A model generated the notes under the pieces. It was not told the DNA's origin. It made no database searches and saw nothing but the letters and a program-made list of their open reading frames with translations. Of a DNA stretch of 58,721 nt, positions 7,291 through 15,976 are shown piece by piece. Origin of the DNA: a candidate division FCPU426 bacterium. Its GTDB lineage: Bacteria; Oederibacteriota; PGYV01; Palsa-1178. Each line of letters opens with the position of its first letter. The first letter of the stretch is position 1. The translations under genes were made by a program, and so were the position numbers. The stretch covers positions 1-58,721 of the forward strand of contig PLPI01000063.1 in assembly GCA_003159495.1 (NCBI GenBank), in the 5' to 3' direction.

Positions 7291-9901
7291 GCTGAGAGCC
7301 TTATTTCTTAAATTTTTCGCGGAACGCGGGCATACCATAAAACCGTCATTTTCGCTTATACCGGACGACTCAACCCTGCTTTTTACAGTGGCGGGCATGG
7401 TGCCGTTCAAGAATAATTTCCTGGGGAAGGTCCCGCTCACATTTACAAGGGCGGCAACCTCGCAGAAATGCATAAGGACGAACGACATAGAAAACGTCGG
7501 GCGCACACGCAGGCACCATACTTTTTTTGAAATGCTGGGAAATTTTTCCTTTGGAGATTATTTTAAGGAAGACGCGATAAAATGGGGATGGGAATTTTTA
7601 ACCACGGCGGTTAAGCTTCCGGCTGACAGGCTGTATGTGACCGTGTATCTTGACGACAACGAAGCCTTTGATATATGGAATAAAAAAATGAATATTCCGG
7701 CGGACCGCATATTCAGGCTCGGCAAAGAGACAAATTTCTGGGAAATGGGCACAGTCGGGCCGTGCGGCTACTGCAGCGAGATATATTATGATTTTGAAGC
7801 CGGAAAAAATGACAGGGTCACTGCAAAGGATATCGAAACAAACGACAACAGGTTCCTTGAAGTTTGGAACCTTGTTTTTACGCAGTTTGACAAGCAGGCC
7901 GACGGGTCGCTCGGGCCGCTCAAACAGAAAAACATCGACACCGGCATGGGGCTTGAAAGGCTTGCGGCGGTTTCGCAGGGAGTGCTTTCAAATTTTGAGA
8001 CCGACCTTTTTATGCCGATTATAAAAGAGATAGCCGCGAAGGCCGGGACGGAGTATGGGAAAAAAGCCGAAGCTGATGTTTCAATGCGCGTTATAGCCGA
8101 CCATGCCAGGGCGGTGACATTTTTGATAGGCGACGGGGTTCTGCCGTCGAATGAGGGGCGCGGTTATGTGCTGCGCAGGCTCATAAGAAGGGCGGTAAGG
8201 CACGGCAGGCTGCTCGGGTTTAAAGGGCCGTTTTTAAGCGATATCGTCCCTGTCATAATGGACATGATGGGCAAAGCGTATCCCGACACCGCGCAGAGGA
8301 AGGATTATATTATACAGATAATAAAGCTTGAAGAGGAAAAATTCCAGGAAACAATGGATAAGGGGCTTGAAATATTGAACCAGGAAATTGAGACGCTGAA
8401 AAAAAGCGTTTCTGCGGTGCTTCCCGGGGACGTGGCTTTCAAACTTTACGATACGTTCGGGTTTCCCCTGGAAATAACAGAGGAGATTCTCAAGGAACAC
8501 TCGATGACAACCGACAGGGATTCATTTAAAAAGAACATGGAAGCCCAGAGGGAAGCCGCAAAAAAAGCATGGAAGGGCGTCAACCAGGATTCTCAGGAGA
8601 CTGTTCCCGAGGAAATAATAAAGAATATACCGGAGACAAAATTTACCGGATATGACGGCTTTTCCGGGGAAGGATGCAGGGTGCTGGCCATGGTAAAAAA
8701 TAGGATGAAAACAGATTCCCTGAAGCAGGGAGACAAAGCCCTTGTAATACTTGATAAGACCCCGTTCTACGGCGAAGGCGGCGGGCAGATGGGCGACAGG
8801 GGGGAACTGACGGCCGACGGGATGGTTGCCGAAGTGGTTGATACCCAGAAAAGCGAGGGAAGATACATACATCATGTTAATATCATAAAAGGCGGACTGC
8901 AGAGCACATCCATAGTAAAAGCGGAGGTTAATGCCGATTCACGTTCCGCAATAATGAAAAATCATACGGCTACGCACCTTCTTCAGGCGGCTTTAAGGTC
9001 AATACTCGGGGCGCACGTGGAGCAGGCCGGTTCATATGTGGGTCCGGACAGGCTGCGTTTTGATTTTACACATTTTGCTCCGCTTTCAGTGGAGGAGATC
9101 AAAAACGTTGAAAAAACAGTCAACGGCTGGATACAAAAATCAATGCCGGTTTCCGTGGATGTCATGACCGTGGATGACGCGAAAAAGACCGGGGCAATGG
9201 CGCTGTTTGAGGAAAAATACAAGGGCGATGTCAGGGTGGTTTCCGTGGGTTCAGTATCAAAGGAACTATGCGCGGGCACGCACCTGCACAATATCGGGGA
9301 GACAGGGCTCTTCAAGATAATTTCCTCGTCATCAACCGCGGCCGGTATAAGAAGGATCGAGGCCATAACCGGAGACGCCTCATATGCCAGGGTGCTGGAT
9401 AATGAGGGTTTCATCAATGATATGAGGGAAACATTCAAAACCAACGGATTAAAGGAACTCGGAGAGAAGGTTGCCAGGCTTATAAAGGATAACAGGGAGC
9501 TTGAAAAGCAGGTAGAGGATGTAAAAAAAGCGGGCATAATGAAAAACATAGACGAATACATATCCTCCGCGGTTGATGTGGACGGGGTAAAGGTCATTAC
9601 GCTGAAATTCGGAGATGTTGAAAAGGATGTTGTGCGCCAGCTTGGCGACGTGCTCAGGGAAAAGGTGAAAAAAGGGGTCATCGTTATAGCTTCGGCAGCC
9701 GGCGGCAGGATAAGTTTTTTATCCATGGTAACCGACGACCTGACCGACAGGCTTGACGCGTCAAAAATAGTGAAGCAGGTTGCTGCAGTGTGCGGCGGCG
9801 GCGGCGGCGGAAAAAAGAACATGGCCGAAGCCGGCGGCAGGGATGTCTCAAAAATAGACGAGGCGCTTTTAACCGTGGCAAAGGCGGTCAGGGGCCTATA
9901 A
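7271..9901 (+). CDS. alaS: Alanine--tRNA ligase
   Basis: FTVAGMVPFK, HHTFFEMLGNFSFGDYFK, the editing-domain HxxxH/CxxxH region and a C-terminal DHHA1-like GGGGGGKK. The ATG at 7271 follows AAAGGAGG and overlaps the recX end. Confidence 0.95.
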   Translation: MNLNSNELRALFLKFFAERGHTIKPSFSLIPDDSTLLFTVAGMVPFKNNFLGKVPLTFTRAATSQKCIRTNDIENVGRTRRHHTFFEMLGNFSFGDYFKEDAIKWGWEFLTTAVKLPADRLYVTVYLDDNEAFDIWNKKMNIPADRIFRLGKETNFWEMGTVGPCGYCSEIYYDFEAGKNDRVTAKDIETNDNRFLEVWNLVFTQFDKQADGSLGPLKQKNIDTGMGLERLAAVSQGVLSNFETDLFMPIIKEIAAKAGTEYGKKAEADVSMRVIADHARAVTFLIGDGVLPSNEGRGYVLRRLIRRAVRHGRLLGFKGPFLSDIVPVIMDMMGKAYPDTAQRKDYIIQIIKLEEEKFQETMDKGLEILNQEIETLKKSVSAVLPGDVAFKLYDTFGFPLEITEEILKEHSMTTDRDSFKKNMEAQREAAKKAWKGVNQDSQETVPEEIIKNIPETKFTGYDGFSGEGCRVLAMVKNRMKTDSLKQGDKALVILDKTPFYGEGGGQMGDRGELTADGMVAEVVDTQKSEGRYIHHVNIIKGGLQSTSIVKAEVNADSRSAIMKNHTATHLLQAALRSILGAHVEQAGSYVGPDRLRFDFTHFAPLSVEEIKNVEKTVNGWIQKSMPVSVDVMTVDDAKKTGAMALFEEKYKGDVRVVSVGSVSKELCAGTHLHNIGETGLFKIISSSSTAAGIRRIEAITGDASYARVLDNEGFINDMRETFKTNGLKELGEKVARLIKDNRELEKQVEDVKKAGIMKNIDEYISSAVDVDGVKVITLKFGDVEKDVVRQLGDVLREKVKKGVIVIASAAGGRISFLSMVTDDLTDRLDASKIVKQVAAVCGGGGGGKKNMAEAGGRDVSKIDEALLTVAKAVRGL

Positions 9902-9902
9902 T

Positions 9903-10319
9903 TTGAAAATAATATGTTTCGATCCCGGAACGGTGAGGATAGGCGTGGCGATTTCAGACGAAGCCGAGTACCTTTCCAGGGCCGTGGGTTTTATAAAAAA
10001 TGACGAAAGGCTCGAACGGCTCCTGAAGGAACTTGCGCAAAAGGAGCCATTTTCCGCAATCGTGGTTGGGAACCCGCTCAACATGGACGGGACCAAAAAC
10101 CCGCGGACTACACACGCGGATTTGCTCGCGGAAAAGCTGAAGTTTTTTTTTCCGGGAGTTCCGCTTGCCATGTGGGACGAGCGGCTTACCACGGCCGACG
10201 CGGAAGAGATAATGATAAGGGCAAATGTAAGCAGGAAAAAAAGAAAGAAAAAAATCGACAGCCTCGCTGCCGCCCTGATACTTCAGTCGTATCTGGACAG
10301 CAGGGGCCGGAGGAAATAA
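9903..10319 (+). CDS. ruvX: Holliday-junction resolvase-like protein RuvX/YqgF
   Basis: IICFDPGTVRIGVAISD N-terminus and YqgF-like length. TTG start 1 nt after the alaS stop. Confidence 0.85.
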   Translation: MKIICFDPGTVRIGVAISDEAEYLSRAVGFIKNDERLERLLKELAQKEPFSAIVVGNPLNMDGTKNPRTTHADLLAEKLKFFFPGVPLAMWDERLTTADAEEIMIRANVSRKKRKKKIDSLAAALILQSYLDSRGRRK

Positions 10320-11374
10320 TGTCCGTAAATCCAGCAGGGAAAACAAACGGGTCAAAAATTAGGTTTCTGCCGGCGGTGTGCCTGCTAGCTGCGGGGTTTC
10401 TTGCCGTGTCTTTTTTCGTGTCAATGCTTATACCGGCTTCGTACGGCGCGAAACAGGACAAAAAGGTCTATATAACCTACGGAATGGGATTCCGCAAAAT
10501 AACATCCGAACTTGCCCGCCAGGGTTTGTTGCGTAATCCCGTTGTTTTTGACGCTTTTATCCTTGCCGGGGGGTTGCACAGGAAATTTAAGGCGGGCGAA
10601 TACGAGTTTTCAACATCAGATAGCGCCCTTATCATTGCGGTAAAAATGATCACAGGCGACGTGGTAAAGCACAAGGTGGTCATACCGGAGGGGACCGATA
10701 TCTACGGCGTGGCTGACGCCCTTTCCGCCGCGGGAATCGTAAACAGGGATGATTTTATAAACGCGGCCAGGAACCCGGATATTCTGAAAAAATGCGGTAT
10801 TGACCGCCCGACGGCCGAAGGGCTGCTCTTTCCGGACACATATTATATAATACTCGGCGAAACGCCCGGAAAAATAATCAGCTCCATGTACCAGAGGTTC
10901 AAGGATAAATCCACCATAGACCCGGATAAAACATATAATGCGGCCGGATATAAAATAACAGGATATAAGGCGCTCATTCTCGCGTCCATTGTGGAAAAAG
11001 AATCAAAACTTGACGACGAAAGGCCCATGGTGGCATCGGTTTTTTACAACAGGCTGAAATCCCCGGAGGCATACCAGCGCAGGCTGGAGTCGTGCTCAAC
11101 AGTCAGGTATGCCCTTAACAAAAGGACGGGAATCGTGACTTACAAGGACCTTAAGACGGATTCTCCGTATAATACTTATATCAGGATAGGCCTGCCGCCG
11201 GGGCCCATATGCAATCCCGGGGTTAAAAGCATGAATGCCGTATTGAATCCGGCCGTGACAAAATACAGGTATTTTGTACTTTACGAGAACGGAGAGCATA
11301 CTTTTTCAGAGACGCTCGAGGCGCATGACAGGGCAAAGGGCATAAATAAAAAGATAAGGGACCAGCAGGAATGA
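10319..11374 (+). CDS. mltG: Endolytic murein transglycosylase MltG (YceG family)
   Basis: N-terminal TM helix, a YceG core and the GLPPGPICNPG motif. I used the ATG at 10319; the track start 10172 lies inside ruvX and encodes a Lys/Arg-rich artefact. Confidence 0.85.
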   Translation: MSVNPAGKTNGSKIRFLPAVCLLAAGFLAVSFFVSMLIPASYGAKQDKKVYITYGMGFRKITSELARQGLLRNPVVFDAFILAGGLHRKFKAGEYEFSTSDSALIIAVKMITGDVVKHKVVIPEGTDIYGVADALSAAGIVNRDDFINAARNPDILKKCGIDRPTAEGLLFPDTYYIILGETPGKIISSMYQRFKDKSTIDPDKTYNAAGYKITGYKALILASIVEKESKLDDERPMVASVFYNRLKSPEAYQRRLESCSTVRYALNKRTGIVTYKDLKTDSPYNTYIRIGLPPGPICNPGVKSMNAVLNPAVTKYRYFVLYENGEHTFSETLEAHDRAKGINKKIRDQQE

Positions 11375-12375
11375 AAAAAATCCTTGCCGTTATTCTGCTG
11401 TTTATGGCGCCCGCGGCCGTATTCTGCGATTCGATATACGACATGGTGGGAGACACACTTCCGGCAGGCAAGGTACAGATAGAATACAGGGAGAAGTTTT
11501 TTGAGTATAATAATTTTACATATAATAGTTTTGAAAAGGATCAGCCTTATTACGTCAAAATACATAATATTGACGCCGATACTTTGACTTATACGGCCAC
11601 CGGAATGTATCAGGATTTTGTTTTGAAGGTGGGCCTGCCAGGCGGTTATGGAATTTCCACGGATTTTAATTATATTTACCAGAACCTGCAAGATATATAT
11701 AATTATAACAATGTTCAGTCCGTCGGGGTAACGTTCTCAAAAATATGGACGGCGCCGCTCGGGGTGATTGCGGGTATGCGCTTTCCCATGAAAATAACCC
11801 TGCCGGATGATCCACGGCTTATTTTGCCTCTCACGTCACCTTCGGTAGTAGCTGGGTTATACTCAAAAGGGAACTTTGATGTCCTGCAATATAACTTGCA
11901 GGCGGCGGTTGAACAGCCTTTAAACCCTTCCGAAGTCCAGGGTATATTTGATATTTCGGGGTCGCTTGGATGCAATGTTTACGGTAATAAAGAAACCCAG
12001 TCGGTTGACCTCGCCCTTGAGGCGCAGTACCTGCTGGAACAATACACCGGTTACGATTCAAACGATGTGGAAAAAGGCTATAATTCTATTGCTGTAAGGC
12101 TGGTGCCGCAGGTAAGGGTCTACTTTTACAATGATTTTTATTTTATTCTCGGTGTCGAGAAATTATTTTATACGGAAAATACATTTTTAAACAATCCTGA
12201 CACGCTGATATACCTGGTAAAGGTTAATTACATGGTAAACAGCGACAAAAGGATAGTCGCCGGGGCTTCGGGCAACAGCGGCGCGGCTTATTCTCCTTTT
12301 GTGGCCACGCCGGTTGCGACAGCGACTCCAGGATTCGGCGTGATACCGCAGGCAACAGCGACGCCGGTACTGTAA
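11371..12375 (+). CDS. Hypothetical exported, beta-rich protein (possible outer-membrane protein)
   Basis: Signal peptide MKKILAVILLFMAPAAVFC, an aromatic-rich alternating sequence and an Ala/Thr/Pro tail. ATGA overlap with the mltG stop. Confidence 0.6.
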   Translation: MKKILAVILLFMAPAAVFCDSIYDMVGDTLPAGKVQIEYREKFFEYNNFTYNSFEKDQPYYVKIHNIDADTLTYTATGMYQDFVLKVGLPGGYGISTDFNYIYQNLQDIYNYNNVQSVGVTFSKIWTAPLGVIAGMRFPMKITLPDDPRLILPLTSPSVVAGLYSKGNFDVLQYNLQAAVEQPLNPSEVQGIFDISGSLGCNVYGNKETQSVDLALEAQYLLEQYTGYDSNDVEKGYNSIAVRLVPQVRVYFYNDFYFILGVEKLFYTENTFLNNPDTLIYLVKVNYMVNSDKRIVAGASGNSGAAYSPFVATPVATATPGFGVIPQATATPVL

Positions 12376-12496
12376 GAAATTTCGCTTAAACGGAATATTT
12401 TTTAAGGGGATTTCGCGGGACACGCATGAAAATAATATTTGTTGAAAACTTGATTTATAAAGACAGAAGAGGTACTGAAAGTATCGGAGGAGACGG

Positions 12497-14569
12497 ATGA
12501 AAGATAAGACAAGTTTTGATCTGGACAGGCGGGACGTTGAGGCCCTGGTAAAAAATTCAAAGCATCCGATGGATGTAAGGGGCGTTATGCAGGCCCTGAA
12601 ACTCCCTAAAAAATTCAGGGGCACTGTAAAACACATATTAAAGGACCTTTCACGGAAGGGAACCATAAATAAAACCCGGAAAAAATTCGCAAATGAGCTC
12701 CCGCAAAAAACGATTACCGGAAAGATCGACCTGCGCAACGATTTTGGCTTCCTTATTCAGCCGGACGGCGAGGATATTTTTATTGGAAGGTATTCCGCGG
12801 AGGACCTTCTTCCCGGGGATGTCATTGAAGTGTGGCCGAAAAAATCCAGGTCCGGCGGCATTGAGGGCGAATTAAAAATGATAGTAAAAAGAACCGAGGC
12901 CCCCGTAATGTGCCGTGTCAGGATACAGGGAGAATCGGTTTACGCGGTGCTGCCTTTCAAGGCAAATCCCGTGATAAAACTTATTGACCCGCCGGAAAAA
13001 CTGGGGGAAGGCGACCTTATCCTTGTAAAGATAGTTGATTCCATGCCGGCCCTTACCGGGAAAGTAACGGCGCATATTTACGACAAAAGCGACATAAAAC
13101 TGTACCTTGATTTTATACTGGCCAGGAACGAGATACGCCGTGTTTATCCGGAGCCGGCTCTGGCTGAAGCCGGAAGAATGGCCCTCGATACCGAAAAAAT
13201 AGCAGGCCGGCTTGACCTGAGGAACGAGACCATATTCACAATAGACCCGTTGGACGCGAAGGATTTTGACGACGCTGTTTCGCTGTCAAAACAGGGGGAA
13301 GCGTACAAACTCGGCGTGCATATAGCCGACGTCACCCATTATATGAAGGAAGGCTCGGAATTGGACAAAGAAGCTTATATGAGGGGCACCAGTGTTTATC
13401 TTCCCGGCTCTGTCATTCCGATGCTCCCTGAAAAGCTCTCAAACGATCTCTGCTCCCTCCGGGGTGGAGTGGACAGGATGACATTTTCGATACTTATGGA
13501 TATCGACGTCGCGGGGAACATAACCTCATATGAGATAAAAGAAAGCGTTATCAACAGCAAAAAAAGGCTCACATATGAGGAGGTTGACGACATTCTCGCG
13601 GGGAAAGCGGATGCAGGCGTACCCGAACCCGTCAGGGAGTCCATCCTGCTCATGAATTATTTAAGGGGCATCCTTAAAAGAAAACTCAGCGAGGGCGGGT
13701 CGATAGATTTCACACTGGGCGAGCCTGTTTTTATATACAACGGGGACGGCACCATAAAGGACATTGTAAGAAAAGGCTCAACGGACTCGCACAAGCTTAT
13801 AGAATATTTTATGGTCTCGGCCAATGTGTGCGCTGCCGATTTTATAGAAAAAAACTCCAAACAGGCCGGGATATACAGGGTGCACGAGAAGCCTTTTATG
13901 AAAGATATTGAGGAATTCAACCGTTACATGCGCGGGATGGGTACGGACATCAAATTGAACGGATCCACGGGCGGGGATTTTCAGCGGGTGCTTGATGAGA
14001 TAAGGGGCATGGAAAAAAGCGAACTTATTGAAAAGAAACTTTTAAGGGCCATGAAGCTCGCCCGTTATTCAGAAAAAAATCTCGGCCATTTCGGGCTGGG
14101 GCTCGCCCATTATTCACACTTTACATCCCCCATAAGGCGTTATGCCGATGTCCTGGCCCACAGGCTCATAAAACATTTCTCGGGATTTGAGGCGATGAAA
14201 AGCACCGACAGGGCGTTTTTGAGGGATGCCGCGCTGAATATATCCTCGTGCGAAGAAAGGGCTGAAAAAGCGGAGAATGACACTTTCCGCCTTTACTGCC
14301 TTGATTTCTTAAAGGCTCATCTCGGGGACGAGATGGAGGGCATCATAAGCCGGGTTACGAAAAACGGCCTTGTAATAGAATTGAAAAAGTATCCCGTGGA
14401 AGGGTTCGTTAATTTTGACTCCATGACGGAAGACACCTATATTTTTGACCAGTTTTCCCAGACGGCAAAGGGCAAACGCACAAAAAAAATAATTAAAACA
14501 GGCATGGATTTTTCTGTTATAATAACGCGCATAGACCTTGAATCGCTTAAACTCGAACTGGAGCCCTGA
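12497..14569 (+). CDS. rnr: Ribonuclease R
   Basis: RNB catalytic motifs DPLDAKDFDDAVS and HFGLGLAHYSHFTSPIRRYADVLAHR, N-terminal cold-shock-like domains and a C-terminal S1 domain. Confidence 0.9.
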   Translation: MKDKTSFDLDRRDVEALVKNSKHPMDVRGVMQALKLPKKFRGTVKHILKDLSRKGTINKTRKKFANELPQKTITGKIDLRNDFGFLIQPDGEDIFIGRYSAEDLLPGDVIEVWPKKSRSGGIEGELKMIVKRTEAPVMCRVRIQGESVYAVLPFKANPVIKLIDPPEKLGEGDLILVKIVDSMPALTGKVTAHIYDKSDIKLYLDFILARNEIRRVYPEPALAEAGRMALDTEKIAGRLDLRNETIFTIDPLDAKDFDDAVSLSKQGEAYKLGVHIADVTHYMKEGSELDKEAYMRGTSVYLPGSVIPMLPEKLSNDLCSLRGGVDRMTFSILMDIDVAGNITSYEIKESVINSKKRLTYEEVDDILAGKADAGVPEPVRESILLMNYLRGILKRKLSEGGSIDFTLGEPVFIYNGDGTIKDIVRKGSTDSHKLIEYFMVSANVCAADFIEKNSKQAGIYRVHEKPFMKDIEEFNRYMRGMGTDIKLNGSTGGDFQRVLDEIRGMEKSELIEKKLLRAMKLARYSEKNLGHFGLGLAHYSHFTSPIRRYADVLAHRLIKHFSGFEAMKSTDRAFLRDAALNISSCEERAEKAENDTFRLYCLDFLKAHLGDEMEGIISRVTKNGLVIELKKYPVEGFVNFDSMTEDTYIFDQFSQTAKGKRTKKIIKTGMDFSVIITRIDLESLKLELEP

Positions 14570-14571
14570 TA

Positions 14572-15975
14572 ATGAAAAAAATTATTACGGCGTTTTTATT
14601 GCTGATTTTGCCTGCGTTTTGTTTTGCTTCGCCGGCCGGCATAACAAGCGTTTTTGACCTGGGAACTTCCGTGAGGGCGCAGGCGCTTGGCGGGGCCTTT
14701 ACCGCGGTGCCTGACGATGCCGCATGCGTTTACTACAATCCCGCGGGCATGAACACATTAAATAACATACAGTTCCAGGCTTCATATATGCCGCTGTTTT
14801 ACGACACCACCTATGATTATATTTCCGCGGTCATGCCCACGCTTGATCTCGGAACGTTCGGGGCCTCAGTGGCCATGATGAACACCGGTAATCTGGTATT
14901 CAGGGACTCCAACGGTGTAATTACGGGGCAGTCCAGCCAGGAGATGGCCGAAATGACAGCCGGATGGGCAACGGGGATAATTAATGACAGCCTTTCGGCA
15001 GGGGTCAGCCTGAAGCTGGATTACAACAACCTTGAAAATTACTCGGACAATCTATCCTTTGGCATGGACGCCGGGCTTTATTACAGGGCAATATCCGAAA
15101 CATCCCAGGCACTTGACGCGGGGCTGACCGTAAAAAATCTTGTGGAACCCGATTTGAAACTTTCAGGCGCGTCGGACAGCATTCCGCGCCAGTTGATCGC
15201 GGGCATCTATTATATGCGGCCGATTACGGATTCAATCGACGCGGGATTGATGACAGACATTACGGCGCCGATAGGAAATCCGTTTGACATAAGGGCCGGG
15301 CTGGAGCTGACTTTTTTCAATACGGTAAAATTAAGGGGCGGCTACTCGTCGTACGGGATAACTTCCGTTGGGGCCGGGGTAAGATTGTTCAACACCGTGA
15401 CGGTGGATTACGGCCTGTTTTTTACGGACCTGGGTTCGCAGAACAGGTTTTCTTTTACCGCGGATTTTGGTGGGGATATCAGGGAAACCAGAAAGCACAA
15501 GTCCGATATCGAGGAAGCGCGTGTTGAAAAGAAGGCAAAAGAGCTGGCGGCAAAGGAATTAACAGAACTCCGGGGCGATATAGACAAAATGACGGGAAAA
15601 GTCAAGGAAAAAGAGCGCTTTAAGGCCATTCATTATACGCAGGGCCTCGAGGCTTATTTTGACGGCGACTTAAAGGGCGCGCTTCTTGAATTTAACACTG
15701 TTTTTGATATGGACAGCGGATACATGAGCGTGGCATATTATAAGGGTTTTGTGGCCGGGCTTCTTGCCAGGACGAAACAGTCAAATTACAGCGATGAGAT
15801 AGTTGCACTGTACCGCGACGGCGTGAATAAGTACCTCGCCCAGGATTACAGGGGCGCAAAGGAAAGCTGGGAAAAGATATTAAAAATAGACCCGTACAAC
15901 AAGCTTGCCATAGAGAACCTTAAGGAAGTAAATCCTCTCATTCGCGAAGTCGATGAAATGAAGGAGACAAAATAA
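14572..15975 (+). CDS. Exported FadL/PorV-like beta-barrel domain fused to a coiled-coil and TPR C-terminal domain
   Basis: Signal peptide, then SVRAQALGGAFTAVPDDAACVYYNPAGM, an N-terminal signature of FadL/TodX/PorV-type barrels. A charged coiled coil follows (KHKSDIEEARVEKKAKELAAKEL), then TPR-like repeats. Confidence 0.5.
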   Translation: MKKIITAFLLLILPAFCFASPAGITSVFDLGTSVRAQALGGAFTAVPDDAACVYYNPAGMNTLNNIQFQASYMPLFYDTTYDYISAVMPTLDLGTFGASVAMMNTGNLVFRDSNGVITGQSSQEMAEMTAGWATGIINDSLSAGVSLKLDYNNLENYSDNLSFGMDAGLYYRAISETSQALDAGLTVKNLVEPDLKLSGASDSIPRQLIAGIYYMRPITDSIDAGLMTDITAPIGNPFDIRAGLELTFFNTVKLRGGYSSYGITSVGAGVRLFNTVTVDYGLFFTDLGSQNRFSFTADFGGDIRETRKHKSDIEEARVEKKAKELAAKELTELRGDIDKMTGKVKEKERFKAIHYTQGLEAYFDGDLKGALLEFNTVFDMDSGYMSVAYYKGFVAGLLARTKQSNYSDEIVALYRDGVNKYLAQDYRGAKESWEKILKIDPYNKLAIENLKEVNPLIREVDEMKETK

Positions 15976-15976
15976 A

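Noticed and set aside
10172-10318. N-terminal extensions in the ORF track: mltG from 10172, alaS from 7235, recX from 6781, cvpA up to 30000, kdpA from 36430, rex from 55253, the DAHP synthase gene from 48919, and the cassette gene from 35431.
   Set aside because: In each case an internal ATG with a good Shine-Dalgarno sequence coincides with the start of family-typical sequence. The extension overlaps the upstream gene or an intergenic repeat.
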